Assembly: GCF_009914755.1 (NCBI RefSeq)
Contig: NC_060927.1
Source of the DNA: the human T2T-CHM13v2.0 reference genome, Homo sapiens
Strand: one strand, 5' to 3'
Length of the DNA: 64,000 bases
The notes under the pieces are model-generated. The model made no database searches and was not told the origin of the DNA. It saw nothing but the letters and a program-made list of their open reading frames with translations. This document shows, one piece after another, positions 62,163 to 64,000 of this stretch. A program made the position numbers and the translations under genes. Each line of letters begins with the position of its first letter. Within the stretch, counting starts at the first letter, position 1.

Positions 62163-64000
62163 GTGTAGAGCGGTGGTACCAGGGAGCAGGGATCTGCCTC
62201 CACTCCACCTGACCAGGAGCTCCAGAATTGTAAAATCCTGGACACCATCGGCTGTGGCACGTTCAGTGAGGTCAAACTGACTCCTCACGTGCTGACTGGG
62301 ACCCAGGTGGCCATCGAAATCATACCTAAGGCTGGCTCCCCCGGCATCACTCTCTAGAGAGAGAGAGAAGTATTTTGAAGTCTCTCTGCCACTTCAGTAT
62401 TGTACAATGATATCAACTGATTGACACCTCCATCATGAGTTATTTATTTAGTAACAGAGTGTGCAAGAGGAGAAGACCTGCACAACCGATACACCACCGC
62501 GGCCTCATGAGGGAGGAGAAGGCCTGGACCGTGTTCAGGCCGATTCTGTTGGCCATGTAGTACAGCCATAGCAAATAAATTTCACACAGAGAGAGACCTG
62601 AACCTGGAAATTATTGTCCTTGATGAGGACGGTAACATTAAGATCGCAGACTTCAGCTTCCGTACCACATTCCATGAGAAACAGAAGCTGATAGCCCTTT
62701 GTGGCACCTACCCCTGCATGGCCCTGGAACTCTTCCTGGGCCAGGGCTACCAGTGCCCTGCCATGAATGTTTGGAGCCTCGGAGTAATGTTATATCACAT
62801 GGTGGGTGAAGTTCTGCCCTTCTGCTCATGCAGTGTTAGGGTCTTCACGGGAAAAATTTAAAATGGAAGATGATTTTCCCCAGTATACTTTTCCCGAGGT
62901 CTCAAAAGCCTCAATAATAAACTATTAAGAGTAGACCCCAGGGAGCAGACAGCACTAGAAGAAGTGATGAGGGGCCCATGGGTGAACAATTGCCTCTGAC
63001 AACATATGAAGATCAAATTCTGGACCACTTAAACCCCAAAACAACCCAGCTGTTTGTGGCCATGGGATTCCAGGCTGAGAACCTATCCATGGCAATCAAA
63101 GAATTATTCAATTTTCCCATGGCCTCCCACATTATTTTGGAAGAAACAAAATGAAAGAAGCAGTTTACTGTCAGACCACAGTCCCTTCCTTTTGGGGTTC
63201 CCAACTGTTTTTCCCTATCCGTTGAAGTTTCCACCTTTTTTCTCCCACTGAAGTGGACTCATAGCATTCAGCAGAAGAGCCCCTTTCTGGCCAGTGCACC
63301 TGCCGGCCTGCAGAGAAAGCCAGAGAGCTTCAATCAAGCCCCCCAGTGTGATCCTGTGGCCTCTCTCTCCACCCAGAGCATCAGCAGCAGTAGTGGAGAC
63401 CCAGAAATATCCCTGGCTCAACAAGCCACCCAGCATGACCCCATGGCCACCCAGAGTACCGCAGCAGTGGTGGAGTCCCAGAAATGTCCCTGGCTCAACA
63501 AGCCCTTCAGCGTGACCCTGTGGCCTCCCCCTCCACCCAGAGCAACAGCAGCAGTGGTGGAGTCCCAGAAACGTCGCTGGCTCAACAAGCTCCCTAGCAT
63601 AACCCTGTGGCCTTTCCTTCCATCCAGAGCACCAGCAGCAGTAGTTCAGAATCAAAAACCTCCCTGGCTCTCCAATCCTTCCAGTATGACACTCTGGTCT
63701 CCTTCTCTATCCAGTGCACCAGCAGCAGTGGTGGAGAGCCAGAAACCTTCCTGGCTCACCAAGCCTCCCAGCGTGACCCTGTGGCCTCCCGCTCCACCCA
63801 GAGCACCAGCAGCAGTGGCGGTGATGCAGAAACATCCTTGGCTCAGCAAGCCTTCCCCGTGACTCTGTGGCTTCCCCCTCCACCCTGAGCACCAGCAGCA
63901 GCAGTGGTGTTCCGTAACAAGGCTCCAGCATGACCCTGTGGCTTCACCCTCTACCCAGAGCACCAGCAGCAGTTGTGCAGACCCAGAAACATCTCTGGCT
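62163..64000 (+). pseudogene. Intronless MARK/SMOK-like kinase pseudogene, unit 2 (full kinase remnant, multiple stops and frameshifts; runs past the window end); probably the locus annotated MARK2P14
   Basis: QNCKILDTIGCGTFSEVKLTPHVLTGTQVAIEII (glycine loop; VAIK>VAIE), slipped HRDL, KIADFS, CGTYPCMALELF; tandem paralog of unit 1 at an offset of about 1792 bp. Confidence 0.88.
63344..64000 (+). repeat. At least eight more-diverged copies of the same 87-bp repeat
   Basis: Unit starts near 63344, 63431, 63508, 63595, 63682, 63769, 63857 and 63926; some units have deletions. Confidence 0.9.

Noticed and set aside
62163-63000. Catalytically active kinase
   Set aside because: Start lost, VAIK lysine replaced by Glu, HRD region frameshifted, DFG>DFS and several stops.

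Overview
Primate, almost certainly human, genomic DNA matching chr3p25 just upstream of TAMM41. The first 0.9 kb is the TAMM41 CpG-island promoter and first coding exon on the minus strand. About 12.5 kb of Alu/MIR/ERV/L1M-rich intergenic DNA follows, then a mosaic of three duplicated modules, all on the plus strand. (1) An unprocessed partial FANCD2 copy (FANCD2P2): exons 12-28 with introns, about 13424-53520. It carries a full-length antisense L1PA, a CYCS retrocopy, an old L1MA and a 5'-inverted (twin-primed) L1PA. (2) A GC-rich NUP210 fragment (exons 2-3) followed by a 16-copy minisatellite. (3) A head-to-tail array of intronless MARK/SMOK-like kinase pseudogene units with an internal 87-bp coding repeat, running off the window end. 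Most interesting: FANCD2P2 exons 16-26 splice into an uninterrupted 409-codon frame that keeps K561 and lies just downstream of an L1 antisense promoter; exons 15-16 sit between direct Alus and carry changes that match recurrent FANCD2 sequencing artefacts; the two L1PA insertions share many non-consensus changes; and kinase unit 1 keeps a 297-aa kinase-less ORF. No alignments or searches were run. Gene names, exon numbers, parent-gene sequences and repeat subfamilies come from recognition and memory, and repeat boundaries are approximate.
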